64,000 bases of DNA from Thermodesulfobacteriota bacterium (lineage in GTDB: Bacteria; Desulfobacterota_D; UBA1144; Nemesobacterales; JAJCZQ01). Below the pieces are notes generated by a model. The model saw only the letters and a program-made list of their open reading frames with translations, was not told where the DNA came from and made no database searches. The stretch is from positions 378,801 through 442,800 of the forward strand of contig CBDBDR010000017.1 of the NCBI GenBank assembly GCA_965203965.1, written 5' to 3'. The position numbers were made by a program, and so were the translations under genes. Numbering within the stretch: the stretch's first letter is position 1; each line of letters starts with the position of its first letter. Shown here piece by piece: positions 55,061 to 64,000 of the stretch.

Positions 55061-56296
55061 ATGAAAAAACAACCTTTGAATGTATTGTTCATCAACCACT
55101 CCGTAAGGGATGGTGGTCCTGGCAGAAGCCTTCTCTATATTCTTAAATACCTGAACAGAAAAAAGATAAACCCGTTTGTTTTAATACCTAAAGATGATAT
55201 TTTTTCTGAAAACCTGAAGCGGGAAAGGATATATGAAAACATCATCGTGGAAAGCAGTTTTCCAGAAAATATATTCCGTCCACGTTTAGGCTTGGACGTT
55301 TTTGCAGGCAAAAGGGATAATCCCGATCCTACAACGAAGATAAAGAAGGTTATTTGTGCCACAATAAACATTTTTGAGCTTATACTGCTTGTTTTTACTT
55401 CCCACAAACACATCAACTCAAATCAAATTGACGTTGTTTATTGCAACGGGACGGTTGCAAAGATAGTAGGTGTGTTTATTGGTATGTATAACAAAGTTCC
55501 AGTTGTATGGCACGTCAGGAATATTCAACAGACCTTTTTATTAAAGACAATAATTAGCACTCTCTCTAAGTTTGATATAGTCAAGAAAATAATATGTGTT
55601 TCAAATGCCACAGCGTCCCAATTTGGGAAAGTAAGGAATAAGTTACACGTTGTTTACAACGGCATAGACCCGCGGGATTATAGTGCAGCTAAAACAAAGG
55701 GTCGATTAAAAAAAGATCTCAGTATTGATAATAAAACAGTGGTCATCGGTAGCACGGGTCGGATAGTTCCAAGAAAAGGTTATGAAAATCTTATTAGAGT
55801 TGCAAGCTACATCAACAATAAGACCCAAAATTCAACCTACAAATTTGTTATAGTTGGAGACACTCCACACTTTTTTCAATACGACCATCTGGAATACTTG
55901 AAGAAAAAAGTGAACGAGAATGAGCTAGATGATAAATTTATATTTACCGGCTATATGGACGACATAAGACCATATCTCAAGAATTTTGATATTTTTGTTA
56001 TACCATCAAATTATCCCGATCCATTTCCAAGATCGGTGATTGAAGCCATGTGCTATGGTCTTCCAGTGGTAGGTTTTGAGATTGGAGGAATTGCCGAAGC
56101 CGTCAAGAATGGGGTTACGGGTTATCTCAGCAAAAAAGATGATATACAAGGCATGGCAGATAACATTGTGAGACTTATAGGTGATAAAGAGTTGAGGCAA
56201 AAAATGGGTAGAGCTTCACGAAAAAGAGTTATGGAAATGTGCAATGCACCTGACATAACCAGAGATATTGAGAATATCATACTGAGCGTCAAGTAG
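55061..56296 (+). CDS. glycosyltransferase family 4
   Basis: GGPGRSL, WHVR, VYNGID, GRIVPRKG, DPFPRSVIEAM. Confidence 0.92.
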   Translation: MKKQPLNVLFINHSVRDGGPGRSLLYILKYLNRKKINPFVLIPKDDIFSENLKRERIYENIIVESSFPENIFRPRLGLDVFAGKRDNPDPTTKIKKVICATINIFELILLVFTSHKHINSNQIDVVYCNGTVAKIVGVFIGMYNKVPVVWHVRNIQQTFLLKTIISTLSKFDIVKKIICVSNATASQFGKVRNKLHVVYNGIDPRDYSAAKTKGRLKKDLSIDNKTVVIGSTGRIVPRKGYENLIRVASYINNKTQNSTYKFVIVGDTPHFFQYDHLEYLKKKVNENELDDKFIFTGYMDDIRPYLKNFDIFVIPSNYPDPFPRSVIEAMCYGLPVVGFEIGGIAEAVKNGVTGYLSKKDDIQGMADNIVRLIGDKELRQKMGRASRKRVMEMCNAPDITRDIENIILSVK

Positions 56297-57647
56297 CTTT
56301 CTTATTTTCATCTTTTCTTGTTCTTATTATCAGTTTTATAGGTGTGCCTTCAAAATCAAAGTTAATTCTCAGTTGATTTTCTATAAACTTCTCGTAATTA
56401 TGAGGTATTCCCTTGCGTGCGTTTGTAAAGAGAATAAAAGTTGGTGGTTTGGATTGAAGCTGCGACATGTAGTAAAATTTCAGTTGATGACCCTTGTATA
56501 TTCTAGGGGGATATTTTTTCTTAATTTCGTCAAGAAAATTATTAAGCTCATTTGTTTTTATACTTCGGCTATAATTTTCATATATCCTTTCAATTGTTTT
56601 AAAAAGCCTCTTAATGCCTTCGCCTTTCAAAGCCGATAACTTTAGCACGGGTGAATATCCGAGTGACTTTAGATTCTCCTTTGTTACTAAATCTACGTTT
56701 TCTACATTTCTTGCTTCTTCTGGTGCCAAATCCCATTTGTTCAACACAATCACTGAGGAAATACCTCTTCTTTCAATCAACTCTCCAAGCTGCGAGTCAT
56801 GGTGAGAGGGTCCTTCAATCGCATCTACAAGGAATAAAACCACGTCCGACCTTGAAATTGACTTTATAGCTCTGAAAACGCTGTGCTTTTCCAGTTGCTC
56901 TGATATTTTAGATTTTCTTCTTATTCCGGCAGTGTCAACTATAAGGTAATTCTTGCCACTAAAGACAAAGTGTGTATCAACAGAATCACGCGTGGTTCCC
57001 GGGACTGGACTTGTTATAAAACGTTCTTCTCCAATAATTGAATTTACCAAAGTTGATTTGCCAACGTTTGGTTTGCCGATAACTGAGATCCTTACAATAT
57101 CTTCTGTATTTTCATCTTGTAATGAAGGGCACTCAGGTAAGTTTTCTACGATCTTTTCCATAAGCTCATAGGTATTTCTATTGTGAAGAGCTGAGAGTGG
57201 AATAAAATCATCCACTCCGAGCTTATAAAATTCATAAGTTTTTAACTCCTGTTTACCATGGTCAATCTTATTTATGATGTTGATAATATTCGTTTCTGAC
57301 TTTCTCAAGCGATCAAGTACCTCACCATCTTCGGGCATCAATCCATTTTTACCATCCATAACAAATAATATGAGATCTGCATTATCAATAGCTATTTGCA
57401 CTTGCTCATTCACGAGTTTCTCGTTGTTATTTTCTGGATTGATTAACAAACCACCGGTATCAACAACGTCAAACATGCATCCCTTCCATTCGACTGTACC
57501 ATATATCCTATCCCTGGTGACACCGGGAACGTCTTCAACTATTGCTTTGCGTTGTTCAATTATGCGGTTAAACAAAGTAGATTTTCCAACATTCGTACTA
57601 CCCACAATTGCAACAAGCGGTTTGTCAATATAATTTCTACTGTTCAT
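56289..57647 (-). CDS. der: ribosome biogenesis GTPase Der (EngA)
   Basis: Two GTPase domains (NVGKS/DTGG/NKID and NVGKS/DTAG/NKWD) plus KH-like C-domain. Confidence 0.96.
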   Translation of the reverse strand: MNSRNYIDKPLVAIVGSTNVGKSTLFNRIIEQRKAIVEDVPGVTRDRIYGTVEWKGCMFDVVDTGGLLINPENNNEKLVNEQVQIAIDNADLILFVMDGKNGLMPEDGEVLDRLRKSETNIINIINKIDHGKQELKTYEFYKLGVDDFIPLSALHNRNTYELMEKIVENLPECPSLQDENTEDIVRISVIGKPNVGKSTLVNSIIGEERFITSPVPGTTRDSVDTHFVFSGKNYLIVDTAGIRRKSKISEQLEKHSVFRAIKSISRSDVVLFLVDAIEGPSHHDSQLGELIERRGISSVIVLNKWDLAPEEARNVENVDLVTKENLKSLGYSPVLKLSALKGEGIKRLFKTIERIYENYSRSIKTNELNNFLDEIKKKYPPRIYKGHQLKFYYMSQLQSKPPTFILFTNARKGIPHNYEKFIENQLRINFDFEGTPIKLIIRTRKDENKKAT

Positions 57648-57707
57648 GTTGATAATTTTTGCATAGCACTATATTTGGAATAGAGTAGGGAAGTCGTCAG
57701 TTTTTTC

Positions 57708-58487
57708 TTACAAATTTATCTCAAAAAGTGTTGGCCATAACTTACCAGTTACAAATATCTTGCCGTTTGTTTTATCAAAGGCAATCCCATTTAGAACGTC
57801 AATTTCATTATTTTTACTGGCAAGGTCATGCAAACTTGATAAATCATACCAGTCAACGACTTTCCCTGTATCGGGGTCTATGGAGATCAAGTTGTTGGAC
57901 TTCCATATATTTGCATAAATTTTTCCGTTTATGTATTCAAGTTCATTAAGCAAGTTGATCGCTCTATCATCGTGAGAAACAACAATTTTTTTAACCTGTT
58001 TCAGAGACACAGGGTCGTAAAAGAAAAGTATATTTGTTCCATTACTTATTATAAGATTGTTTTTATCGTTCGTTATTCCCCAGCCTTCAAAGGGATAATT
58101 AAAATAGCCAATGATATTAAAACTCTCAATATCATATATTATCCCGGTCATTGCCTTCCACGTCAGTTGGTAGATCCTGTTATTAAACACCGTTATTCCT
58201 TCACCAAAACGGTCGTTCGGAAGATCGTGGTTTTTTTCAACCCGGCCAGTTCTTAGATCAACCTTCCGCAGTGAAGACTTGCCGTATATTCCAATGCTTT
58301 CATACAAATTGCCATTATGAAATACAAGCCCTTGTGTAAATGCATTCTTATCATGAGGATATGATTTAATTACCGTTACGCTTTTTACGGTGGATAAAGA
58401 AGATGAATTTTCCGCGTATAATGCACAAGGGATTAGCAGGACAAAAACCAGTGTCATAAAGAGAATATGATTAAAATATAACTTCAT
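57708..58487 (-). CDS. glutaminyl-peptide cyclotransferase (beta-propeller type)
   Basis: Signal peptide; YPHD..AFTQGL, FGEG, EGWG, LNELE, VLNGIA, TGKLWP. Confidence 0.92.
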   Translation of the reverse strand: MKLYFNHILFMTLVFVLLIPCALYAENSSSLSTVKSVTVIKSYPHDKNAFTQGLVFHNGNLYESIGIYGKSSLRKVDLRTGRVEKNHDLPNDRFGEGITVFNNRIYQLTWKAMTGIIYDIESFNIIGYFNYPFEGWGITNDKNNLIISNGTNILFFYDPVSLKQVKKIVVSHDDRAINLLNELEYINGKIYANIWKSNNLISIDPDTGKVVDWYDLSSLHDLASKNNEIDVLNGIAFDKTNGKIFVTGKLWPTLFEINL

Positions 58488-58584
58488 TTGAGTTGTAAAT
58501 TAACCACTTCCTGAAAAAGGTGCAAATTATACAAACAAGTACCAATACTCTCATAATTTTTTTAACTTTCTTGATTTATTCTTA

Positions 58585-58603
58585 AAATTTAGGCAAAGTT
58601 AAA
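58585..58603. promoter_or_regulatory. putative DtxR/MntR-family operator
   Basis: AAATTTAGGCAAAGTTAAA about 80 bp upstream of the regulator gene, in register with the TTTAGG-N5-(C/T)TAAA type MntR/DtxR box. Confidence 0.5.
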
Positions 58604-58682
58604 AATATTATTAGTGAAGGATGAAAAATTAACGGTTTTACTTGATCTTTTCTGATAATGAACATCTGAACGGAGGATAACA

Positions 58683-59348
58683 ATGTTATCTAAATCGGTT
58701 GAGGATTATTTAAAGGCAATCTATGAAATTCAGAATATGGAAGGCAAAGTTACAACCAATTCCCTGTCGCAAAAGTTGAACGTTACACCCGCGTCCGTTA
58801 CGGGCATGATGAGAAGACTCTCATCACAAAAATTAATCACTTATAAAAAATATCAAGGGGTAAAACTAGCACCCATGGGTCAAAAAATAGCCTTGGAAGT
58901 TATCAGACACCACAGAATTGTTGAACTTTATCTTAAAGAAGCACTTGGCGTTACGTGGGATAAGGTTCATGAAGAAGCGGAAAAATTAGAGCATGTAATA
59001 TCCGAAGATATAGAGGACAAAATGGATGAGTTTCTTGGCCACCCGACTTCCGACCCGCATGGCTCACCAATCCCAGGAAAGAACGGAGAGGTTATTGAAA
59101 GAAAATGTATGAGACTGACCGAGGTTGAACCGAGACACACTGCCGTAGTTGCAGAAGTTAGCGACCATGATCCTCGCATACTCAGATATTTGGGAAAACT
59201 TGGCTTTTATCCTCAAACAAAGATCAAGGTTGATTCAGTTGAACCTTTTAATGGTCCAATGAAAATAGAGATTAACAATAAAGTTGAATTTTTGGGCGCG
59301 GAAGTAGCAAAGCATATTGCCGTAACAAAAATTGAGAAAATAGTGTAA
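58683..59348 (+). CDS. DtxR/MntR family metal-dependent repressor with C-terminal FeoA-like domain
   Basis: SVEDYLKAIY, SVTGMMRRL, RHHRIVELYL, HEEAEKLEH, DPHGSPIP. Confidence 0.93.
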   Translation: MLSKSVEDYLKAIYEIQNMEGKVTTNSLSQKLNVTPASVTGMMRRLSSQKLITYKKYQGVKLAPMGQKIALEVIRHHRIVELYLKEALGVTWDKVHEEAEKLEHVISEDIEDKMDEFLGHPTSDPHGSPIPGKNGEVIERKCMRLTEVEPRHTAVVAEVSDHDPRILRYLGKLGFYPQTKIKVDSVEPFNGPMKIEINNKVEFLGAEVAKHIAVTKIEKIV

Positions 59349-59360
59349 CTAGAGAAACCA

Positions 59361-60290
59361 ATGAGATCTATTTTATCAATTTTGATAATTTTTGCATTGC
59401 TATCTTGCTCCAGAGGTGATAGTGCGAGTGTTGAAGAATATCAAACGAAGAAGATTAACATTGTTACAACTACCGGGATCATCAACGACGTTGTTCTGAA
59501 TTTAGGCGGTGATAAAGTCAGGACACAATCCCTTATGGGTCCAGGAGTTGACCCGCATCTTTACAAGGCAAGTGCATGGGACGTTAGTACCCTACTAAAG
59601 GCAGATGTTATTTTCTACAACGGTCTTAATCTTGAAGGCAAAATGACGGATGTTTTCAAAAATATGTACAGTCGAGGTATTGAAACCATTCCAATAGCGG
59701 AAAAAATTGACAAATCCAAACTACAAAGATCCGAATTGTTCTATGGATATTATGATCCTCATATATGGTTTGACGTTGAGTTGTGGATAATGGCAGTAAA
59801 TGTAGTAAAAGATGTTTTGATAAAAAAAGACTCTGAAAATAGTGAGCATTACGTCAAAAATGCCAAAATCTATATCAACAAGCTAAACGAGCTTCAAAGT
59901 TACGTGCACAAAAAGGTAAGCATACTGCCTAGGGAGAAGAGGGTACTTATCACTGCGCATGATGCATTTGGGTATTTTGGCTCGGCTTACGGTTTTGAGG
60001 TTATGGCAGTTCAGGGGATCAGCACTGATTCAGAAGCAGGTGCATCTGACGTGCAGAGATTGTCAAAGCTGATAGTTGAAAGAAAAATCCCTGCGATCTT
60101 TATTGAGTCATCCATTTCACCCAAATATATTGAAGCAGTAAAAAAAGCCGTAAAAGCAAAAGGATTTAATGTTGAAATAGGGGGGGTGTTGTATTCCGAT
60201 ACACTGGGAAACCCGGGCACACCTGAAGCGGAATATATAGGAATGTTCAAACATAACGTAAATAAGATTATAAACTCTTTAAAATTATGA
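59361..60290 (+). CDS. Mn/Zn/Fe ABC transporter substrate-binding lipoprotein (TroA/MntA-like)
   Basis: LLSC lipobox, GVDPHLY, DPHIW, TAHDAFGYF, LYSD. Confidence 0.93.
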   Translation: MRSILSILIIFALLSCSRGDSASVEEYQTKKINIVTTTGIINDVVLNLGGDKVRTQSLMGPGVDPHLYKASAWDVSTLLKADVIFYNGLNLEGKMTDVFKNMYSRGIETIPIAEKIDKSKLQRSELFYGYYDPHIWFDVELWIMAVNVVKDVLIKKDSENSEHYVKNAKIYINKLNELQSYVHKKVSILPREKRVLITAHDAFGYFGSAYGFEVMAVQGISTDSEAGASDVQRLSKLIVERKIPAIFIESSISPKYIEAVKKAVKAKGFNVEIGGVLYSDTLGNPGTPEAEYIGMFKHNVNKIINSLKL

Positions 60291-61048
60291 AAACGGACAA
60301 ACTCGCATTAGAAGTTACAGATCTGACAGTTGCTTATGATAACGAACCGGCTTTGTGGGACATTGACCTTAATATTCCAAAAGGTGTGCTGATGGCTGTT
60401 CTGGGACCGAACGGTGCCGGAAAAACAACATTAATAAAGGCTATACAAGGTTTGGTGCCAATTGCTGCGGGACGGATTCTGGTTTTTGGCAAGCAATATT
60501 TTGAGAACAGAAAACTTGTCTCATACGTTCCACAGCGAAGTAGCGTTGATTGGGATTTCCCAACCAGTGTGATCGACGTTGTTAAAATGGGAACTTACGG
60601 TTCTTTGGGTTGGTTCAGGCGACCGGGAAGCAAGGAGCATACGCTTGCACTTAAAGCACTTGAAAAAGTAGAAATGACCGATTATTGCAACAGGCAGATA
60701 AGCAAGCTGTCAGGTGGACAACAACAGAGGGTTTTTCTTGCAAGAGCACTGGTGCAGAATGCAGAAATATACATAATGGACGAACCTTTTCAGGGAGTTG
60801 ATGCTACAACGGAAAAGGCAATTGTTGCTATTTTGAAGGATCTCAGGTCACAGGGAAAAACTCTTGTAGTTGTTCACCACGATCTTCAGACGGTCAAAGA
60901 GTATTTTGACAGCGTGGCACTTTTAAATGTCAGGTTGATTGAAAGTGGAAGCGTTGCCAAAATCTTTAATCCTGAAAAACTGGCTGACACCTATGGTGAT
61001 AGCGTTAAACACTTTGAGGGAAAACTTGATCAAAACTGGCTGGGCTAA
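60287..61048 (+). CDS. metal ABC transporter ATP-binding protein (TroB/MntB-like)
   Basis: GPNGAGKTT, LSGGQQQR, MDEPF, VHHDL. Confidence 0.94.
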   Translation: MKTDKLALEVTDLTVAYDNEPALWDIDLNIPKGVLMAVLGPNGAGKTTLIKAIQGLVPIAAGRILVFGKQYFENRKLVSYVPQRSSVDWDFPTSVIDVVKMGTYGSLGWFRRPGSKEHTLALKALEKVEMTDYCNRQISKLSGGQQQRVFLARALVQNAEIYIMDEPFQGVDATTEKAIVAILKDLRSQGKTLVVVHHDLQTVKEYFDSVALLNVRLIESGSVAKIFNPEKLADTYGDSVKHFEGKLDQNWLG

Positions 61049-61051
61049 GTT

Positions 61052-62170
61052 ATGATCCTTGAAGAATTGATATTTGATTACACTTTGAGAAACGTAGCCT
61101 TCGGATCCGGTGTGCTGGGTGTTGTAAGTGGATTTCTCGGCACTATGGTCGTGCTTAGAAAGCAAAGCATGCTGGGAGATACAATGTCGCATGCTGCTCT
61201 TCCCGGTATTGCTTTAGCTTTTCTATTCTTCAGCACCAAAAGCACGTTTGTTCTTCTTCTGGGAGCTGGAGTTACTGCACTTTTAGCAACTTTTTTCATT
61301 CATCTGACCGTTAATTACTCCAAAGTTAAATTTGATTCCGCTCTGGCGATCTGGCTTTCAACCTATTTTGGTTTAGGTATTGTTCTGCTGACGATAATAC
61401 AGCATTTTCCAAATGCCAATCAAGCAGGTCTGAACAAATTTCTTTTTGGACATGCTGCTGCCCTGACACATGAAGATCTGGAAGTAATGATAATACTGGG
61501 AGCAGTTTCCATTTTCATCACACTCCTCTTATGGAAAGAGATCAAAATTTTAATATTTGACCCCATTTATGCAAAAAGCCTTGGGATCAATACAGGATTA
61601 GTTAATACAGTTCTGATTGTTTTAATTACCATTGCTATAATGATCGGACTTCAAACAGTCGGTGTTATTCTTATGAGTTCAATGCTCATTGCTCCGGCTT
61701 TGGCAGCGCGGCAGTGGACTGATCGTTTCAGCTTGATGGTGGTGCTCTCAGCCGTGTTTGGTGTTGGGGCAGGTATGGTTGGCTCCATTTTAAGCAGCAA
61801 GATCAATGGGTTACCCACAGGTCCATCAATAATTGTATGTGCATCAGTAACTGTGCTAATTTCTATCATTTTTTCCCCTAAATACGGTTTACTTATACAG
61901 AAAATAAGAAATTATAGAGATAAAAGGACACTTAGGTTGAACGTGATACTTGAAAATTTATTTAAGCTATCTAAAAATCACGATGACCCGTTCTATTCTC
62001 ACCCGACCAGTGTTCTCAAACTAATGGGAAATGGTCGCATGGACGTAGATTCAGCATTGGAAAAACTTAAACAGCAAGGGCTTGTAACCAAGACCAGAGA
62101 AAATGAATGGGCACTTACAAAACTGGGTCACGACAGGGTTAGAAATAGTCTAGTGGTTCTGGAAATATGA
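61052..62170 (+). CDS. metal ABC transporter permease (TroC/MntC-like) with C-terminal soluble extension
   Basis: GDTMSHAALPG, LFG, PALAARQWT, PTGP; about 90-aa C-terminal wHTH-like tail. Confidence 0.92.
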   Translation: MILEELIFDYTLRNVAFGSGVLGVVSGFLGTMVVLRKQSMLGDTMSHAALPGIALAFLFFSTKSTFVLLLGAGVTALLATFFIHLTVNYSKVKFDSALAIWLSTYFGLGIVLLTIIQHFPNANQAGLNKFLFGHAAALTHEDLEVMIILGAVSIFITLLLWKEIKILIFDPIYAKSLGINTGLVNTVLIVLITIAIMIGLQTVGVILMSSMLIAPALAARQWTDRFSLMVVLSAVFGVGAGMVGSILSSKINGLPTGPSIIVCASVTVLISIIFSPKYGLLIQKIRNYRDKRTLRLNVILENLFKLSKNHDDPFYSHPTSVLKLMGNGRMDVDSALEKLKQQGLVTKTRENEWALTKLGHDRVRNSLVVLEI

Positions 62171-63294
62171 GTATAGCTCAGGTTGAAATACTGATAATTG
62201 CTATTTTTGTGTCCGCGTCCTGTTCAGTAATAGGCAATTTTTTAATTCTTAGATCCACAGCTATGATGTCAGATGCGATCAGTCATTCAGTTCTGCTTGG
62301 TATTGTTCTTGTATTTTTTATTGTCCAAAGCTTGAACTCACCGTTCTTAATAGTGGGAGCTGCCCTAAGCGGGTTGGCAACAGTTTTATTGATTGATCTT
62401 TTCAATCGGAAAAAATATATAAATAAAGATGCTTCAATTGGTTTTGTATTTTCCCTCTTGTTCAGTATAGCAATAATAGTAATCTCCATGTATGCAAGGA
62501 ATGTGCACCTTGATGTAAATGTTGCTCTGCTTGGAGAGTTGGCATTTGCACCTTTTAATAGATTTATGGTAAATGGGTTGGATATTGGCCCCAAATCACT
62601 CTACGTTATGGCGACATTATTTGTTCTCAACCTTCTTTTTGTGGTTATTTTCTACAAGGAATTGAAAATCACCACTTTTGACAGATCTCTGTCAAAATCA
62701 TTTGGATTTTCCCCGTCATGGATCAACCTCATGCTGATGGCCATGGTATCAATCACCTGCGTCGCAGCTTTTGATGCAGTGGGTTCAGTGCTTGTTATTG
62801 CCTATATGATAATTCCTCCTGCAACTGCGTTTTTAATAACTGAAAGGTTATCTCTTATGATCATTGTCAGTGTAATTATTGGAGTAGTAGCATCGGTTAT
62901 CGGCTTTTTTTTGGCAGATCTAGTTAATGCAAATATAGCGGGTTCAATATCGGTTGTTTGCGGATCGTTGTTTATGTTGACGATGTTTTTTTCACCAAAA
63001 AATGGGATAATTTTTAGTATAAGAGAAAATATAAAAAAGAGATATTTCTTTTCCCAGCACTTGCTTCTGTCTCATCTTTCAAACCATGAAGGAACACCGG
63101 AATATGAATCTGAATCAAGCATTTCTCACCTTTACGGTCATATGCTCTGGAGTGAAAAATTTGGGAAAAAAGTTATAAATATGGCTCAGAAAAACGGCTT
63201 GATACTGATGTCAAACGACCATCTTGTTCTGACAACCAAGGGAAAGAGTTACGTTAAAAAGATGGATCTACTGCATGGAATTAGAGAAGATTGA
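62167..63294 (+). CDS. metal ABC transporter permease (TroD/MntD-like) with C-terminal soluble extension
   Basis: SDAISHSVLLG, VHLD, YKELKITTFD, AFDAVGS; C-terminal tail ending LTTKGK. Confidence 0.92.
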   Translation: MSIAQVEILIIAIFVSASCSVIGNFLILRSTAMMSDAISHSVLLGIVLVFFIVQSLNSPFLIVGAALSGLATVLLIDLFNRKKYINKDASIGFVFSLLFSIAIIVISMYARNVHLDVNVALLGELAFAPFNRFMVNGLDIGPKSLYVMATLFVLNLLFVVIFYKELKITTFDRSLSKSFGFSPSWINLMLMAMVSITCVAAFDAVGSVLVIAYMIIPPATAFLITERLSLMIIVSVIIGVVASVIGFFLADLVNANIAGSISVVCGSLFMLTMFFSPKNGIIFSIRENIKKRYFFSQHLLLSHLSNHEGTPEYESESSISHLYGHMLWSEKFGKKVINMAQKNGLILMSNDHLVLTTKGKSYVKKMDLLHGIRED

Positions 63295-63438
63295 AAAAAG
63301 GTATAAACCTTAAAACTCTATTTTCTAAACAAGACAAGCCGGATGTAAGGATATATTTATACCAGAAAATATTTGTTGGAAAGATAATATAATTATTTAA
63401 CAATAATAACATGTTATACTACATTGGTTAATAATATT

Positions 63439-64000
63439 ATGAAGTTTTCAAATATCTATGAAAATAAAAACAGACCGGTCATTTCATTTGAAATTTTTCC
63501 CCCTAACACGTCAAATGGATTTGAGAAGCTAAAAATTACTTTAGATGACCTCGCATCCCTTTCACCAGACTTTATCAGCGTTACCTACGGCGCAATGGGA
63601 ACAACCAGAGATAAAACTTTGGAGATAGCGAGCTATATAAAAAACCAATTAAAGATTGAAACAGCCTGCCACCTGACATGCGTTGATTCAAGCCGCAGCG
63701 AGATTGATTCTATTCTCATCGCAATTAATGAATGCGGTATAAGTAACATCGTGGCTTTAAGAGGAGATCCACCCAAAGGAGAAACCTCATTTAGACCGTC
63801 TGAAAATGGTTTTTCACATGCAAATGAACTTGTGCAGCAAATAAGAGAGTTTGAAAGTTCAAAGGGCTATGAATTTGGCGTGGCAGTTGCCGGATACCCT
63901 GAAAAGCACGTTGAGGCTCCGAATTTTGAGGTTGACCTTGAAAATCTCAAGAGAAAAGTAGACGCGGGTGCAGATACAATCATTACTCAACTTTTTTTTG
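63439..64000 (+). CDS. metF: methylenetetrahydrofolate reductase (3' truncated by window; absent from ORF track)
   Basis: Manual translation: MKFSNIYENKNRPVISFEIFPP...PDFISVTYGA...HLTC...ALRGDPP...VAGYPEKH...KVDAGADTIITQLFF. Confidence 0.95.
   Translation, partial: MKFSNIYENKNRPVISFEIFPPNTSNGFEKLKITLDDLASLSPDFISVTYGAMGTTRDKTLEIASYIKNQLKIETACHLTCVDSSRSEIDSILIAINECGISNIVALRGDPPKGETSFRPSENGFSHANELVQQIREFESSKGYEFGVAVAGYPEKHVEAPNFEVDLENLKRKVDAGADTIITQLFF

Noticed and set aside
57580-57606. Der first P-loop reads GSTNVGKS rather than GRPNVGKS
   Set aside because: GxxxxGKS consensus is intact; ordinary divergence
63295-63438. SAM riboswitch upstream of metF
   Set aside because: Region is very AT-rich with no SAM-I/II core motifs or stable stems

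Overview
AT-rich bacterial chromosomal window, mostly housekeeping genes. The gene style suggests a deltaproteobacteria-like lineage, possibly Ca. Dadabacteria; this is an impression, not tested. Core content: rpoB (3' end)-rpoC, valS, purL-purF, mnmA-mtaB, cdsA, TamB-like, M23 peptidase-rlmB, ferredoxin-NADP reductase, ptsP, S2P protease, amidase-polX-ligA, apgM, htpG, glnS, gdhA, tRNA-Cys/tRNA-Leu, ilvE, der, an MntR/TroABCD-type metal uptake operon and metF (5' end). Four accessory patches stand out. (1) After rpoC, a six-gene cluster encoding a helical protein, SPFH-SHOCT, a 4TM protein, a TPR protein, a Zn-ribbon-TPR-CFI-box protein and a Sel1 protein; this is the best candidate for an undescribed system. 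(2) A type II-like R-M module with a frameshifted nuclease, flanked by an 11-bp direct repeat. (3) An McrA-like HNH nuclease between a MoxR ATPase and its VWA partner. (4) A decayed patch after tRNA-Leu with a PIN-like nuclease, a lipoprotein, a probable type III Res fragment and degenerate attC-like cassette ends. PolX lacks the canonical polymerase aspartates, and a REP-like inverted doublet lies upstream of htpG. No CRISPR array, rRNA, integrase or transposase was seen. All family calls are by motif recognition; no database search was run.
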